DNA of 64,000 bases from Eubacteriales bacterium (GTDB lineage: Bacteria; Bacillota; Clostridia; Oscillospirales; UBA644): NCBI GenBank assembly GCA_045542115.1, contig JAZQKK010000019.1:133362-197361 (forward strand). Reading direction: 5' to 3'. Made by a program: the position numbers and the translations under genes. Below the pieces are notes generated by a model, which saw only the letters and a program-made list of their open reading frames with translations, made no database searches and was not told where the DNA came from. Of the stretch, positions 8,047-18,639 are shown piece after piece. Positions within the stretch are counted from its first letter, which is position 1. Each line of letters opens with the position of its first letter.

Positions 8047-10421
8047 ACGTAAGAGAATATCTCGGTAAGAACTTTCTGTTTTTGGACGGAGGCACGGGCA
8101 CGCTGTTGCAACAGGCGGGTCTTTGCCCGGGAGAAGCCCCGGAACGGTGGAATCTGACCCACCCCGAAAGGATAAAGTCCATTGCCCGGGCCTATTACGA
8201 CGCCGGAAGCAACGTGGTTTGCACCAATACCTTCGGGGCGAATCTGCTGAAATTTGACCGAACGGAATTGGAACGGATCATTTCCGCCGCCGTTTCGTTG
8301 GTGCGAGAGGCACGGGCGGAATCGTCCTCTCCCCAGGAAAAATTCATCGCCCTGGACGTGGGCCCGTCGGGGCGTCTTCTCAAACCCCTGGGGGATTTGG
8401 ATTTTGAAGACGCAGTATCCCTCTTTGCCGAAACGATACGGCTGGGGGCAAACTGCGGCGTGGACCTTATCTTCATCGAAACGATGAACGATTCTTACGA
8501 AACCAAAGCCGCACTTCTGGCGGCCAAAGAACAGTGCGACCTTCCGGTCTTCGTGTCCAACGCCTACGGGGCCGACGGACGGCTTTTGAACGGAGCGGAC
8601 CCGGAAAGTATGGTGGCTCTGCTGGAAGGAATGGGCGTAGACGCCTTGGGCGCGAATTGTTCCTTGGGCCCGGAGCAGTTGCGGCCGGTGATGGACCGGC
8701 TGGTGGCGGCGGCCTCGGTGCCGGTGCTGTTCAAGCCCAACGCCGGCCTTCCCCGGACGGAAGACGGGAAAACGGTCTTTGACGTCTCTCCCGACGATTT
8801 TGCAAAGAGCGTTGCCGACCAGATGCGCCGGGGCGTTTCCATTGCCGGAGGATGTTGCGGCACCACCCCGGACTACCTGAAAGCCTTGACCGCCGCGGCA
8901 AAAGGTCTGCAAAAAAAGCCCGTGGAACCCAAAGGATTTTGCCGTATTTCTTCTTATACGCACGCCGTATACTTTGAAAAGGCCCCCATCCTGATTGGGG
9001 AAAGGATTAACCCCACGGGGAAAAAGCGGTTCCAGCAAGCGCTCCGGGAAGGGGATATGAATTTTATTCTGCAAGAAGGTCTCCGACAGGCGGAACAGGG
9101 GGTTCCGGTCTTAGACGTGAACGTGGGAATTCCCGACGTGGACGAAGTTTCCCTTTTGCCCGAAACGGTTTGTGCCCTGCAAGGGGTGACCGATCTGCCC
9201 TTGCAGATTGACACCGCAAACCCGGAAGCGATGGCAAACGCTCTTCGCCGGTACAACGGAAAGGCCCTCATCAACTCCGTCAACGGGACCCGGGAAAGTA
9301 TGGATAACATATTCCCCCTGATGAAACGGTACGGGGGCGTGGCCATTGCCCTGACGCTGGACGAAGAGGGGATTCCTTCCACCGCCGAAGGCCGCGTGGC
9401 TATCGCAAAACGAATCTTGTCCGAAGGGGCAAAATACGGCTTTTCCAAAAACGATTTTATTTTTGACCCCTTGGCAATGACCGTCTCGTCCCATCCCACC
9501 GCCGCGTTGGTCACCCTGCAAGCCCTGAAACAGTTGACCGAACTTGGTTGCCGCACCTCTCTGGGGGTCTCCAACGTTTCCTTCGGTCTCCCGGGACGGG
9601 ATACGGTAAACGCAACCTTTTTTGCCTGCGCGCTGGAACAAGGGTTGTCTGCCGCCATTTTGAACCCCCACTCGGAAGAAATGCAAAAAACCTATTACGC
9701 CTTCCGGTTGTTGCACGGAATGGATGAAAACTGTGCCGATTATATTGCCTTTGCGGAACGCCTTGCAAAAGAAGAACCCACCTCTCCCGGGGAAGCAACG
9801 TGCAAAACCTCGGATTTGAATACCGCCATCCGCAAGGGGCTGAAAACCGAGGCGAAAAAGGCCACCGAAGAACTGTTGCAACATACGGAGCCCCTGGACA
9901 TCGTGCAGCAACACGTCATTCCGGCTCTGGACGCGGTGGGCAAGGGTTTTGAAGAAAACACCGTCTATCTGCCCCAACTTCTGATGAGCGCCGAAGCCGC
10001 GAAAACCGCCTTTGAACAAATCAAACGGGCAATGCCCCGAACCGCGGACACGGGGAAAGGTCCGGTGGTTTTGGCAACCGTAAAAGGAGACGTTCACGAT
10101 ATTGGGAAAAATATCGTGAAAATGCTGTTGGAAAATTACGGCTTTACCGTATTGGATTTGGGGAAAGACGTTCCCCCGGAAGAAGTGGTGCAAGGGGTAA
10201 AACAGTCCAACGCCCCCCTGGTCTGCCTTTCGGCGTTGATGACCACCACCGTACCGGCGATGGAAGAAACGGTGGCGCTGCTCCACAAAACCTGCCCCGA
10301 CTGTAAAGTCATCGTAGGCGGGGCGGTTTTGACCGAAGAATACGCCGCCAAAATCGGCGCCGACGCCTACGGCAAAGACGCCTTATCCGCCGTGCGATAC
10401 GCAGAGCACGTGATACAATAA
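8043..10421 (+). CDS. metH: cobalamin-dependent methionine synthase, short form (Hcy-, pterin- and B12-binding modules; no AdoMet reactivation module)
   Basis: GGCCGTTPDY (zinc Cys pair of the Hcy domain), IGERINPTG (pterin-binding barrel) and GDVHDIGKNIV (DxHxxG) with SALMTTT. At 792 aa it ends straight after the B12 domain. Confidence 0.85.
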   Translation: MNVREYLGKNFLFLDGGTGTLLQQAGLCPGEAPERWNLTHPERIKSIARAYYDAGSNVVCTNTFGANLLKFDRTELERIISAAVSLVREARAESSSPQEKFIALDVGPSGRLLKPLGDLDFEDAVSLFAETIRLGANCGVDLIFIETMNDSYETKAALLAAKEQCDLPVFVSNAYGADGRLLNGADPESMVALLEGMGVDALGANCSLGPEQLRPVMDRLVAAASVPVLFKPNAGLPRTEDGKTVFDVSPDDFAKSVADQMRRGVSIAGGCCGTTPDYLKALTAAAKGLQKKPVEPKGFCRISSYTHAVYFEKAPILIGERINPTGKKRFQQALREGDMNFILQEGLRQAEQGVPVLDVNVGIPDVDEVSLLPETVCALQGVTDLPLQIDTANPEAMANALRRYNGKALINSVNGTRESMDNIFPLMKRYGGVAIALTLDEEGIPSTAEGRVAIAKRILSEGAKYGFSKNDFIFDPLAMTVSSHPTAALVTLQALKQLTELGCRTSLGVSNVSFGLPGRDTVNATFFACALEQGLSAAILNPHSEEMQKTYYAFRLLHGMDENCADYIAFAERLAKEEPTSPGEATCKTSDLNTAIRKGLKTEAKKATEELLQHTEPLDIVQQHVIPALDAVGKGFEENTVYLPQLLMSAEAAKTAFEQIKRAMPRTADTGKGPVVLATVKGDVHDIGKNIVKMLLENYGFTVLDLGKDVPPEEVVQGVKQSNAPLVCLSALMTTTVPAMEETVALLHKTCPDCKVIVGGAVLTEEYAAKIGADAYGKDALSAVRYAEHVIQ

Positions 10422-10449
10422 ACAGAGTTGAAATTTACAGAAATAATAA

Positions 10450-10473
10450 GGGATTGGCCAATCGGCCAATCCC
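10450..10473. terminator. bidirectional hairpin between convergent metH and the aldolase gene
   Basis: GGGATTGGCC / GGCCAATCCC perfect 10-bp stem, flanked by T-rich sequence on both strands. Confidence 0.6.
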
Positions 10474-10497
10474 CGTATTTTAGGTTTTTATGCTCCG

Positions 10498-11538
10498 TTA
10501 AACTGCGGCGGCTTTGATGGATTCGATGAGGTTTTTCACCGCTTCTTCGTCGGTGGCCCAAGAGGTGCAGATACGCACGGCGGTGTGCTCTTCGTCGGGC
10601 TTGCCCCAAACTTCGAAGGCGTATTTTTCGCTCAAAAAGGCCAGGATGTCGTTGGAAAATACGGTAAAGACCTGATTGGCCGCCGTTTCGTACAACAGAG
10701 GGAATCCGTTCTTTTTCAGAGCGTCCCGAATCTTGTCCGCTTGGCGATTGGCCTTTTCCGCAAGTTCGGTGTACAGGCCGTCGGAGAACAGGGTGAAGAA
10801 TTGAATCCCCAACAGTCTGCCTTTGGCCAACATCCCGCCCCGTTGTTTGATAAGGTACCGGAAATCGGCCTTCAATTCCTTTTTCAGAATCATTACCGCT
10901 TCCCCGAACAAAGCACCGCATTTCGTTCCGCCGATGCAGAGCACGTCCACCTTAGATGCAATTTCTTCCAGGGTCAAGTCCGTGCCGGGCACCGCCAAGG
11001 CATAGGCCAAGCGGGCCCCGTCCATATACAGGGGAATGTGATAGGCGCGGCAGACCCGGGAAAGGTCGTACAATTCCTGGCGGGTGTACAACGTTCCGTT
11101 TTCCGTGGGATGGGAAATGTAGACCATCCCCGGCTGAACGGTATGCTCGTGATTGGCTTCGGCGTAATGGGCGTTGATGGCGTCTTCCACCTGTTTTGCC
11201 GTCAGTTTGCCGTCGGTAGAAGGCAAGGGCAGAACTTTATGGCCGGTCGCTTCAATGGCGCCTGATTCGTGAACTGCAATATGTCCGGTCTCCGCCGACA
11301 AAACGCCTTGGTGCGGACGGAGCAACGCCGAGATTACCGTGGTGTTTGCCTGGGTTCCCCCCATCAGAAAATGCACGTCCCCGTCGGGGGCGTTGGCGGC
11401 TTGTTTGATTCTGTCCCGGGCAAGGTCGCAATAGGGGTCGCACCCATACCCGACGGTCTGCTCCAAATTGGTTTGGGTCAGGGCTTTCAGAATTCGGGGA
11501 TGGCACCCCTCTTGGTAATCACAGGCAAAACGGTACAT
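10498..11538 (-). CDS. ltaE: low-specificity L-threonine aldolase / beta-eliminating lyase family (PLP enzyme)
   Basis: 346 aa. N-terminal FACDYQEGCHPRIL, a GGTKCG PLP-lysine region, and overall fold-type I aldolase pattern. Confidence 0.7.
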   Translation of the reverse strand: MYRFACDYQEGCHPRILKALTQTNLEQTVGYGCDPYCDLARDRIKQAANAPDGDVHFLMGGTQANTTVISALLRPHQGVLSAETGHIAVHESGAIEATGHKVLPLPSTDGKLTAKQVEDAINAHYAEANHEHTVQPGMVYISHPTENGTLYTRQELYDLSRVCRAYHIPLYMDGARLAYALAVPGTDLTLEEIASKVDVLCIGGTKCGALFGEAVMILKKELKADFRYLIKQRGGMLAKGRLLGIQFFTLFSDGLYTELAEKANRQADKIRDALKKNGFPLLYETAANQVFTVFSNDILAFLSEKYAFEVWGKPDEEHTAVRICTSWATDEEAVKNLIESIKAAAV

Positions 11539-11576
11539 AGATGCAATTCCTTTCTATAATAAATGAAAATAGTTTT

Positions 11577-12284
11577 TTATCCGAACAATCCGCCGAAGAC
11601 GGGGAGGGAAAACAACCACCAGAGCAAGGGGGCAAACACCAGGGCAGGCAGAAAGTTTGCTACCTTGATTTTGGTCACCCCCAAAAGATTCAGCCCCAAC
11701 GCCACGATCATCAGCGACCCCACACAGGTCATCACGTCCACGGCAGATTCGGTGAGCAGGGGTTGTAAAAACTGGGCCAACAACACCAGCGCCCCCTGGA
11801 AGACCAATACGAAGGCGGCGGAAAACAAAACGCCGATGCCCAAAGACACGGAGAGCATCATCGAAGAGCACAAGTCCAACAGAGATTTGGTGAACAACAG
11901 GGTATTGTCCCCGGAAATCCCGGCGTTCAGCGATCCGACTATCGTCATTGCGCCCACGCAAAAAAGCAGAGACGCGGTGACGAATCCCCGGGCTACGGTG
12001 CCGGTCTCGGTCTTGGAAAACCGTCCTTCCACCCAAGTTCCCAGCCATTCGATGCCTTTGTCCAGATTCAGCAAGAATCCAACGATGGCACCAAACACCA
12101 TTACCAAAATCACCAAAAGAGGGTTGGACCCGTTCAACATTCCGTCTGCCCCGACGTACAGGGTGCACAGGGCGATGCCGGTCATTACGCCTCCGGAAAT
12201 TTTTTGAGGAATGGCTTTCTTAAACAACAGACCCACGGTGCTTCCCAAAATCACCGCAAGCACGTTTACGATAACACCTAACAT
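11577..12284 (-). CDS. DUF554-family membrane protein
   Basis: MLGVIVNVLAVILGSTVG start. 235 aa with about 7 TM helices, typical of YdfK/YqgA-like DUF554. Confidence 0.65.
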   Translation of the reverse strand: MLGVIVNVLAVILGSTVGLLFKKAIPQKISGGVMTGIALCTLYVGADGMLNGSNPLLVILVMVFGAIVGFLLNLDKGIEWLGTWVEGRFSKTETGTVARGFVTASLLFCVGAMTIVGSLNAGISGDNTLLFTKSLLDLCSSMMLSVSLGIGVLFSAAFVLVFQGALVLLAQFLQPLLTESAVDVMTCVGSLMIVALGLNLLGVTKIKVANFLPALVFAPLLWWLFSLPVFGGLFG

Positions 12285-12288
12285 TTTT

Positions 12289-13080
12289 TTAAGTCCTTAC
12301 AAAGATGAATACAAACAAATACAATATTCCCACCAACACCGGCTGGTGGAACAGATAGACCCAAAGGGATTTCCGTCCGATGCGGCAGAATACGCCGTCT
12401 TTCCCCCGAAGGGCAGGAAAGAGAGATTGCTTTTCCCGGTAGACGGCCTTTCCGATAAAATATCCTACGGGTAACACGCCGGCCGAGGGGAATACGGGGA
12501 ACCAATCCGCTCCGTACCGCACCGTCCCACAGACGATGCCCCAGAGATCTTCTTTGCCAAAGGAATATATGGCCGGAGCGTGATACCATTGAAGGGAAAA
12601 TCCAATGAAAATAATGAGAATACCCAAGGCTAAGGCCACGTATTTCCCCGCTTTTTCTCCCAACAGGGAGCATAAGGCACAGAGCAACGTCCCCACCGCC
12701 ATTGCGGAGAGAACGCCGAACAAGATCGTCGCGCCCGCATCCAAAAACAGGTCGATAAGGACCGTGGCAACGGTGATGGCGGCGGCCGCCCCGGAAATCT
12801 GCAAGACCCGTCGAAAGGGGCGCCGGGTCAAGGCCGAACCGATGCCGGCCAACAGGAGAAACAGGGTAGCGAACAGATAATGCAACACCAATCTCCATTG
12901 TGAAAAGGCAACCGCTTCCCCAAACTGCCCCAAGGCGTCCAACAACCCGCTGTCGGTCTCGGAGAACCAAAAGGGAAGGCAGTACAAATCGTAGGCCAAA
13001 TGGTCCAGACACATCATCACAAGGGCAACGCCCCGGAGAAAATCCAATTCAAAAATGCGGTCGGTCCGGGCGGTTCTCAT
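12289..13080 (-). CDS. DUF1624 / HGSNAT-like membrane acyltransferase-family protein
   Basis: [17 protein letters not shown] motif, polytopic. Start moved to the ATG at 13080, which makes an ATGA overlap with the ruvB stop. Confidence 0.6.
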   Translation of the reverse strand: MRTARTDRIFELDFLRGVALVMMCLDHLAYDLYCLPFWFSETDSGLLDALGQFGEAVAFSQWRLVLHYLFATLFLLLAGIGSALTRRPFRRVLQISGAAAAITVATVLIDLFLDAGATILFGVLSAMAVGTLLCALCSLLGEKAGKYVALALGILIIFIGFSLQWYHAPAIYSFGKEDLWGIVCGTVRYGADWFPVFPSAGVLPVGYFIGKAVYREKQSLFPALRGKDGVFCRIGRKSLWVYLFHQPVLVGILYLFVFIFVRT

Positions 13081-14078
13081 TTCGGGAACTCCAACCCCAA
13101 GTGGCGGCAAGCCGCCTCGGTGACACACCGTCCCCGTTGGGTGCGGACCAAGAACCCGATCTGCATCAAATACGGTTCGTACACGTCTTCAATGGTGACC
13201 GCTTCTTCTCCCACCATCGCCGCCAGGGTCTCCAATCCCACCGGACCGCCCCGGAACTGCTGCACCACGGCCGTCAGCATCCGGCGGTCTTGGGCGTCCA
13301 GGCCTAATTTATCAATATCCAACCGGCGGAGCGCCTCGTCGGCAATCTCGTCGGTAATCACGCCGTCCCCCAACACTTGGGCAAAGTCCCGCACCCGTTT
13401 CAGCAAGCGGTTTGCGATACGGGGGGTTCCCCGGGAACGGGAAGCAATTTCGTGGGCTCCCGCTTCGGTGATGCCGATATCCAAAATGGAAGCGGACCGT
13501 TTGACGATCTGCTCCAATTCTTCCACCTTGTACAGATCCAACCGCAAAAGCACCCCGAACCGGTCCCGGAAGGGGGAGGCCAACTGCCCGGAACGGGTGG
13601 TCGCCCCGATCAGAGTAAATTTCGGCAGGTCGAACCGAATGGAACGGGCGGACGGCCCTTTTCCCAAAATCACGTCGAATTCATAGTCTTCCATCGCCGG
13701 ATACAAAATTTCTTCCACCGTCCGGGAGAGGCGGTGAATCTCATCGATAAAGAGAATATCTCCCTCTTGCAGATTGGTCAGAAGGGCTACGATATCCCCG
13801 GCCTTTTCCAGGGCGGGACCGCTGGTGATCCGGATCGAGACCCCCATTTCCGCCGCCACGATGTTGGCAAGGGTGGTTTTCCCCAACCCCGGAGGACCAA
13901 AGAAGAGAATGTGGTCCAGAGCGTCGCCCCGCAGTTTGGCCGCTTCAATAAAAATGCGGAGATTTTCCTTGGCTTGTACCTGACCGATGTAATCGTCCAA
14001 CCGCTGAGGGCGAAGGTTTTCCGGGTCGTCGGACGGTTCAATGGTCCGGGTGGAAAGCAGTCGTTCATCAAATTCCAT
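13077..14078 (-). CDS. ruvB: Holliday junction branch migration DNA helicase RuvB
   Basis: Walker [12 protein letters not shown], Walker [10 protein letters not shown] and sensor regions. 333 aa. Confidence 0.95.
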   Translation of the reverse strand: MEFDERLLSTRTIEPSDDPENLRPQRLDDYIGQVQAKENLRIFIEAAKLRGDALDHILFFGPPGLGKTTLANIVAAEMGVSIRITSGPALEKAGDIVALLTNLQEGDILFIDEIHRLSRTVEEILYPAMEDYEFDVILGKGPSARSIRFDLPKFTLIGATTRSGQLASPFRDRFGVLLRLDLYKVEELEQIVKRSASILDIGITEAGAHEIASRSRGTPRIANRLLKRVRDFAQVLGDGVITDEIADEALRRLDIDKLGLDAQDRRMLTAVVQQFRGGPVGLETLAAMVGEEAVTIEDVYEPYLMQIGFLVRTQRGRCVTEAACRHLGLEFPK

Positions 14079-14091
14079 TGTTTATCCCCCC

Positions 14092-14682
14092 TCAAATGGT
14101 CGAAAGCATCCGCAACGCCTGACGAACCAGGTCGTTTACATTGTCGGCGGTGCATTTTTCCAAGGCTTTTGCCGCATCGTTCTTGGAATATCCCAGGGCC
14201 ACCAAAACGCCGGTGGCTTCGTCCAGGGCCTCTTTGCCGGCCGCGGCGGCCACCGCCTGCGCCTCGGAAACTTGAATGTTGGTCTTGGCTACTTTGTCTT
14301 TCAATTCCAGACAGATTCGCTGAGCCAATTTCGGTCCCACCCCGTTGGCGCGGGAAATCTGCCGATGGTCTCCCGCCATTACCGCGGCGGCGAAGGTCTC
14401 GGGAACCAATTCCGAAAGAATGGCCAACGCCCCCTTCGGCCCCACCCCGCTGATGGAGATCAGGAGCAAGAAGAATTGTTTTTCCTGTTCGTTGGCAAAG
14501 CCGTACAAGGTCATCGCGTCTTCTTTTACGTGAAGATAGGTGTACAGTTTTACCCGGTCTTTCCCGCTGATCTCCCGGTAGGTGTTGGCGGTAATGTTGC
14601 ACTGATACGCCACGCCGCCGCAATCGATCACCGCGGTGGAAAAATCACACCAGGCTAAGTCTCCGTGAAGGTAATAATACAT
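14092..14682 (-). CDS. ruvA: Holliday junction DNA-binding protein RuvA
   Basis: MYYYLHG start, ISGVGPK and ANGVGPKLAQRI HhH motifs. 196 aa. Immediately upstream of ruvB. Confidence 0.92.
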   Translation of the reverse strand: MYYYLHGDLAWCDFSTAVIDCGGVAYQCNITANTYREISGKDRVKLYTYLHVKEDAMTLYGFANEQEKQFFLLLISISGVGPKGALAILSELVPETFAAAVMAGDHRQISRANGVGPKLAQRICLELKDKVAKTNIQVSEAQAVAAAAGKEALDEATGVLVALGYSKNDAAKALEKCTADNVNDLVRQALRMLSTI

Positions 14683-14699
14683 CGTTTTGACTCCTTACG

Positions 14700-15218
14700 T
14701 TACTGGGGTTTGCATTTTGCATTCTGAATCTTCCCATTCTTTTGCGCCATTCCCATACAGTGGGCACAGCACACCGCCAGCGCAAGGCCGTCGGCGGCGT
14801 CGTCGGGACGGGGAATCTCTTTGAGATTCAAAAGCATTTTGGTCATCAGCATTACTTGTTTTTTCTCGGCGTTTCCATATCCGACCACCGCCTGTTTCAC
14901 TTGGGGCGGCTTGAATTCGTAGCAGGGGATCCCCGCCTTCTGGCAGGCTAACATAATCACACCCCGGGCGTGGGCCACGGCAATCCCGGTGGTGATATTT
15001 TTGGAGAAAAATAATTCTTCAATGGAGGCACAGTCGGGGTTTAATTCGTCAATCAATTTGCTCAACTCGTCGAAAATCATTTCCAACCGCCGTTCCAAGG
15101 GAATCTTCGGCGGGGTAATGATAGCCCCGTATTGAGGGGCGGAAAAACGGTATCCGTCGTAGTGGACGAAACCCCATCCGACGGTGGCAACTCCCGGGTC
15201 GATCCCCAAGACCGTCAT
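14700..15218 (-). CDS. ruvC: crossover junction endodeoxyribonuclease RuvC
   Basis: VLGIDPG start motif and the DAADALAVA-like DAADGLALAVCC. 172 aa. Heads the ruvCAB operon. Confidence 0.92.
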   Translation of the reverse strand: MTVLGIDPGVATVGWGFVHYDGYRFSAPQYGAIITPPKIPLERRLEMIFDELSKLIDELNPDCASIEELFFSKNITTGIAVAHARGVIMLACQKAGIPCYEFKPPQVKQAVVGYGNAEKKQVMLMTKMLLNLKEIPRPDDAADGLALAVCCAHCMGMAQKNGKIQNAKCKPQ

Positions 15219-15301
15219 AAAAACCCCTCCTTCTTAAATCAATAACAGTATATTATATATTATAACACATTTTCCAACCCTTTGCAAGAGGAAAAGACGG
15301 C

Positions 15302-15337
15302 AAAAATGAAACATCCGTTCCCTTTTTTCGGGAACGG
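15302..15337 (-). terminator. terminator after the ECF S-component gene
   Basis: On the minus strand, CCGTTCCC-GAAAAAA-GGGAACGG is followed by ATGTTTCATTTTTG. Confidence 0.5.
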
Positions 15338-15348
15338 ACGGACCATTA

Positions 15349-16143
15349 TTATTCTTCTTCTGAGGGATTGGTAGGTTTCGCCACTTTTTCTTGCAGTACC
15401 AAAAGGGCTTTGCTCACCGCCGCCCCCAGGACGAGGCATACCGCCGCTTCGATGACCGCATTCAGGGTCACCAACAACACCACGATACCCCAAGCGTTGG
15501 TCTGGCCGGTAAATTCCAGCACGCGGGGGTGGTTGCCGAACAACAACACCAGAGCGGAAACGAAGAACAGCGTGTTCAGAACCGCGGCGGAGCAGGCGGA
15601 CAGAACGGCGGGAGCGCCGGTTACGTCCAGGGATGCAATGAAATGGTACAAAAATCCAATCAACACCGCCCCCACGGCCCCGATAAGGTAATTCCAGGGG
15701 GAAGGCCCGTTCATATTAAACAGAACCGACAGCGCCAACCCCACGAAGGCACAGGAGAACACGGCGGCGACGGTGGGAAAATGTTTTCCTTTGACCTTGG
15801 AAAGTCCCCGATACAGCCAACCTACGCAGACCCCCATCAAAACCCGGGTGACTACCGTCATAATAAAGGTAAACACGGGAGAAATATCCAGCAAAAGCAC
15901 GCCCAGGGCGTCCATTCCGAAGCATTGATAAAAACTGGTCAATCCGAAGACTGCCCCTAAAATTCCCCCGGCGGTGGGACCCAACAGAATCGCCCCGATG
16001 GCCACGGGAATGGGAAGCAAGGTCACCGACGTTACTCCCAACTTCAAATACCCGATGGGAGTAAATGCCATCAACAGTTCAATGGCAATAAGAATCGCCA
16101 GAAGGGTGAGTCGAATCAAACGGTTTGCGGATTTCTTTTTCAT
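15349..16143 (-). CDS. ECF-transporter substrate-capture (S) component-like membrane protein, substrate unknown
   Basis: LLMAFTPIGYLKLG..VTLLPIPVAIGAILLGPTAGGILGAVFGLTSF pattern typical of ECF S components. 264 aa. No ECF A/T genes adjacent. Confidence 0.65.
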   Translation of the reverse strand: MKKKSANRLIRLTLLAILIAIELLMAFTPIGYLKLGVTSVTLLPIPVAIGAILLGPTAGGILGAVFGLTSFYQCFGMDALGVLLLDISPVFTFIMTVVTRVLMGVCVGWLYRGLSKVKGKHFPTVAAVFSCAFVGLALSVLFNMNGPSPWNYLIGAVGAVLIGFLYHFIASLDVTGAPAVLSACSAAVLNTLFFVSALVLLFGNHPRVLEFTGQTNAWGIVVLLVTLNAVIEAAVCLVLGAAVSKALLVLQEKVAKPTNPSEEE

Positions 16144-16225
16144 AACAGACTCCTTTAAGATATTCGGGTTTGACCGCAGATGGGAAGGCGTGGAAAACCG
16201 TTGGCTTCCATCCCGGTCGAGGAAC

Positions 16226-16855
16226 TTATTCTTCCTCTTTGATCACGATCAGTTGCTTTGCATAGGGCAATTTCAGCACGAATTCCTCACAGAAGGTGTG
16301 CCATTCGTCCAACTTATGGTTCTTCCGGGCGTGATACATATTGACTAAATTTTCATAATTCATCGTAACCGTGCGGGTCTGATTGTACGATTCGGGAAGG
16401 ATCTGAATCAAATCGTACCACAGAGCCTTATCTTTGGTCTCCATATATTCCAACCGCACCGATTCCAGATAATCCACGATAATGTCAAAAAATTTCGCCG
16501 ACGGCTCGGTGAGATGGTCCACGGAAAAGTCGTCTGCCGTGATGGGTTTGGAATGAATTTTGTGCATCGTGGAGGTGGAGTTTGCCACGGTTCCCACCTT
16601 ATACGTATCAAATTCTTTCCACCAATACAAGGGTGCGGTAATATCCACGGAAACGAAGATCTGACGGATAAATTTCCGATGGTCCGACCCGGCTTTTGCC
16701 AAACGGGTCGCCAGGGACAAGTCCGCTTCTCCCAAAATAAATTCGCCATCGTCGTTGTAATAACTGTCCGACTTATCCCAGGAAGACATCGGATTGCGTG
16801 CTCCTCGGATGGCGTTTTCCAAATTCATAACCGATACGTGATGAAAAGCAATCAT
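16226..16855 (-). CDS. ThyX-fold (Thy1 domain) protein with a degenerate ThyX signature
   Basis: By-eye alignment to canonical ThyX. AIRGARNP matches [32 protein letters not shown] matches [59 protein letters not shown] matches the C-terminal LPLN...RADSHAQWE region. The RHRxxS motif position reads [11 protein letters not shown]. Confidence 0.6.
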   Translation of the reverse strand: [209 protein letters not shown]

Positions 16856-16865
16856 TTTAGCACCT

Positions 16866-17561
16866 CTATCGTACTGATTTCATCTCCCGGACAACCGGAA
16901 GATTATTTTCGATTTTCATTGTTTCTTTTTTTCTTCTTTTTTTGGTGGAAAAGCCGAACAGTCCCAACTTCTTCCCCAAGGTGTAGTAGGCTCCGTGGGC
17001 GTAAGCCATAAGCCCTGCTTTTTCCATACACAGACGGTCTTCGGTGTTGAACAGAGCCTCGTCTGCGTCCACCGAACAGATCTCCGCCAAGAACATATGG
17101 TGGGTCCCCAATTCCAGCACCTGCTTGACTTTGCACTCCAAAGACAAGGGCGCTTGGGTCAGCACCGGAGCCGAGACGTATTTTGCCGGGGTGGTCGTCA
17201 GATTGCAGGCGGCGAATTTATCCAGGTTCCGCCCGGACTTCATTCCGCACAGGTCCAATTCCTTCACCAACGTGGAGGGGGGGAGATTGATTACAAATTC
17301 CCCGGTTTTTTTGATGATTTCATAGGAATACCGTTCCGGCCGCAAAGAAATATAGGTCATCGGGGGATGGGTGCAAACGATACCCGTCCAGGCCACCGTT
17401 ACAATATCGGAAACGTTTCCGTCGGAGCAGGTCACCAACACGGCGGGCACGGGGGATAATTGCACCGAGCCTTTCAGAATCCGCTTTTTCCCGGTCAGCG
17501 CCTTGGTGGGGGCACCTGCCGGCGGCTTTTGGGGAGCCGACCCCTTCTTGAACTCAGACAT
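16866..17561 (-). CDS. flavin reductase-like (FMN-binding split-barrel) domain protein
   Basis: VPAVLVTCSDG..IVTVAWTGIVCTHPPMTYISLRPERYSYEIIKKTGEFVINLP is the classic flavin_reduct pattern. Basic N- and C-terminal tails. Confidence 0.7.
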   Translation of the reverse strand: MSEFKKGSAPQKPPAGAPTKALTGKKRILKGSVQLSPVPAVLVTCSDGNVSDIVTVAWTGIVCTHPPMTYISLRPERYSYEIIKKTGEFVINLPPSTLVKELDLCGMKSGRNLDKFAACNLTTTPAKYVSAPVLTQAPLSLECKVKQVLELGTHHMFLAEICSVDADEALFNTEDRLCMEKAGLMAYAHGAYYTLGKKLGLFGFSTKKRRKKETMKIENNLPVVREMKSVR

Positions 17562-18639
17562 TGAACCGGAAGAGAACCACGTCGCCGTCGTTCATTACGT
17601 ATTCTTTCCCTTCGGAACGGACCAGACCTTTTTCCTTTGCGGCGGTATAGGTCCCGCAGGCGGTCAGGTCGGTAAACGACACCACTTCCGCCCGAATAAA
17701 GCCCCGCTCAAAGTCGGAATGGATCTTCCCGGCGGCCTGGGGGGCTTTCGTTCCCTGCTTGATGGTCCAGGCGCGGACTTCCTGAGGTCCGGCGGTGAGG
17801 TAACTGATCAACCCCAACAGGGCGTAGGATTTTTTAATCAAACGGGCAAGACCGCTCTCGGACAGGCCCATATCTTCCAGGAACATCGCCTTTTCTTCCT
17901 CTTCCAGTTCGGAGATCTCTTCTTCCATCCGAGCGCAGATGGGAAGGGTCTCGGAATGTTCTGATTTGGCAAATTTTTCCACTGCCAAATATTGGGGCGA
18001 GGTCAAATCAAAGGCGGAATCCGCCATATTGGCTACGTAAATCACCGGTTTCATCGTCAAAAGATTGGCGGATGCCACAAGGGCGGCTTCGTCGTCGGTC
18101 AGGTCCATCGTCCGGGCACATTGTCCCCCTTCCAGGACCGCCTTGACCCGTTGGAACAGGTCCACTTCCACAAGCATTTTCTTGTTGCCCTTGGCTTCTT
18201 TTTCCGCCCGGGCGATCCGCTTGTCCACCGCTTCCATATCGGCGAAAATCAATTCCATATTGATGGTCTCAATATCCCGCAGCGGGTCCACGGAACCGTC
18301 CACGTGGACGATATTCCCGTCCTCAAAACACCGGACCACGTGCAAAATGGCGTCCACTTCCCGGATGTGGGACAAGAATTTGTTCCCCAATCCTTCTCCC
18401 TTGGAAGCCCCCTTCACAAGCCCGGCGATATCCACAAATTCAATGATGGCCGGGGTGTACTTGTCGGGATGATACATCTCCGCCAGCACGTCCAACCGTT
18501 CGTCGGGAACGGCCACCACCCCCACGTTGGGCTCGATGGTGCAGAAGGGATAGTTCGCCGCCTCCGCCTTGGTGTTGGTGATGGCGTTGAACAGAGTGGA
18601 CTTACCCACGTTGGGCAGCCCCACGATACCTAATTTCAT
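17554..18639 (-). CDS. ychF: redox-regulated ribosome-binding ATPase YchF
   Basis: [17 protein letters not shown]1 motif and the C-terminal TGS/YchF domain ([10 protein letters not shown]). 361 aa. Confidence 0.93.
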   Translation of the reverse strand: MKLGIVGLPNVGKSTLFNAITNTKAEAANYPFCTIEPNVGVVAVPDERLDVLAEMYHPDKYTPAIIEFVDIAGLVKGASKGEGLGNKFLSHIREVDAILHVVRCFEDGNIVHVDGSVDPLRDIETINMELIFADMEAVDKRIARAEKEAKGNKKMLVEVDLFQRVKAVLEGGQCARTMDLTDDEAALVASANLLTMKPVIYVANMADSAFDLTSPQYLAVEKFAKSEHSETLPICARMEEEISELEEEEKAMFLEDMGLSESGLARLIKKSYALLGLISYLTAGPQEVRAWTIKQGTKAPQAAGKIHSDFERGFIRAEVVSFTDLTACGTYTAAKEKGLVRSEGKEYVMNDGDVVLFRFNV

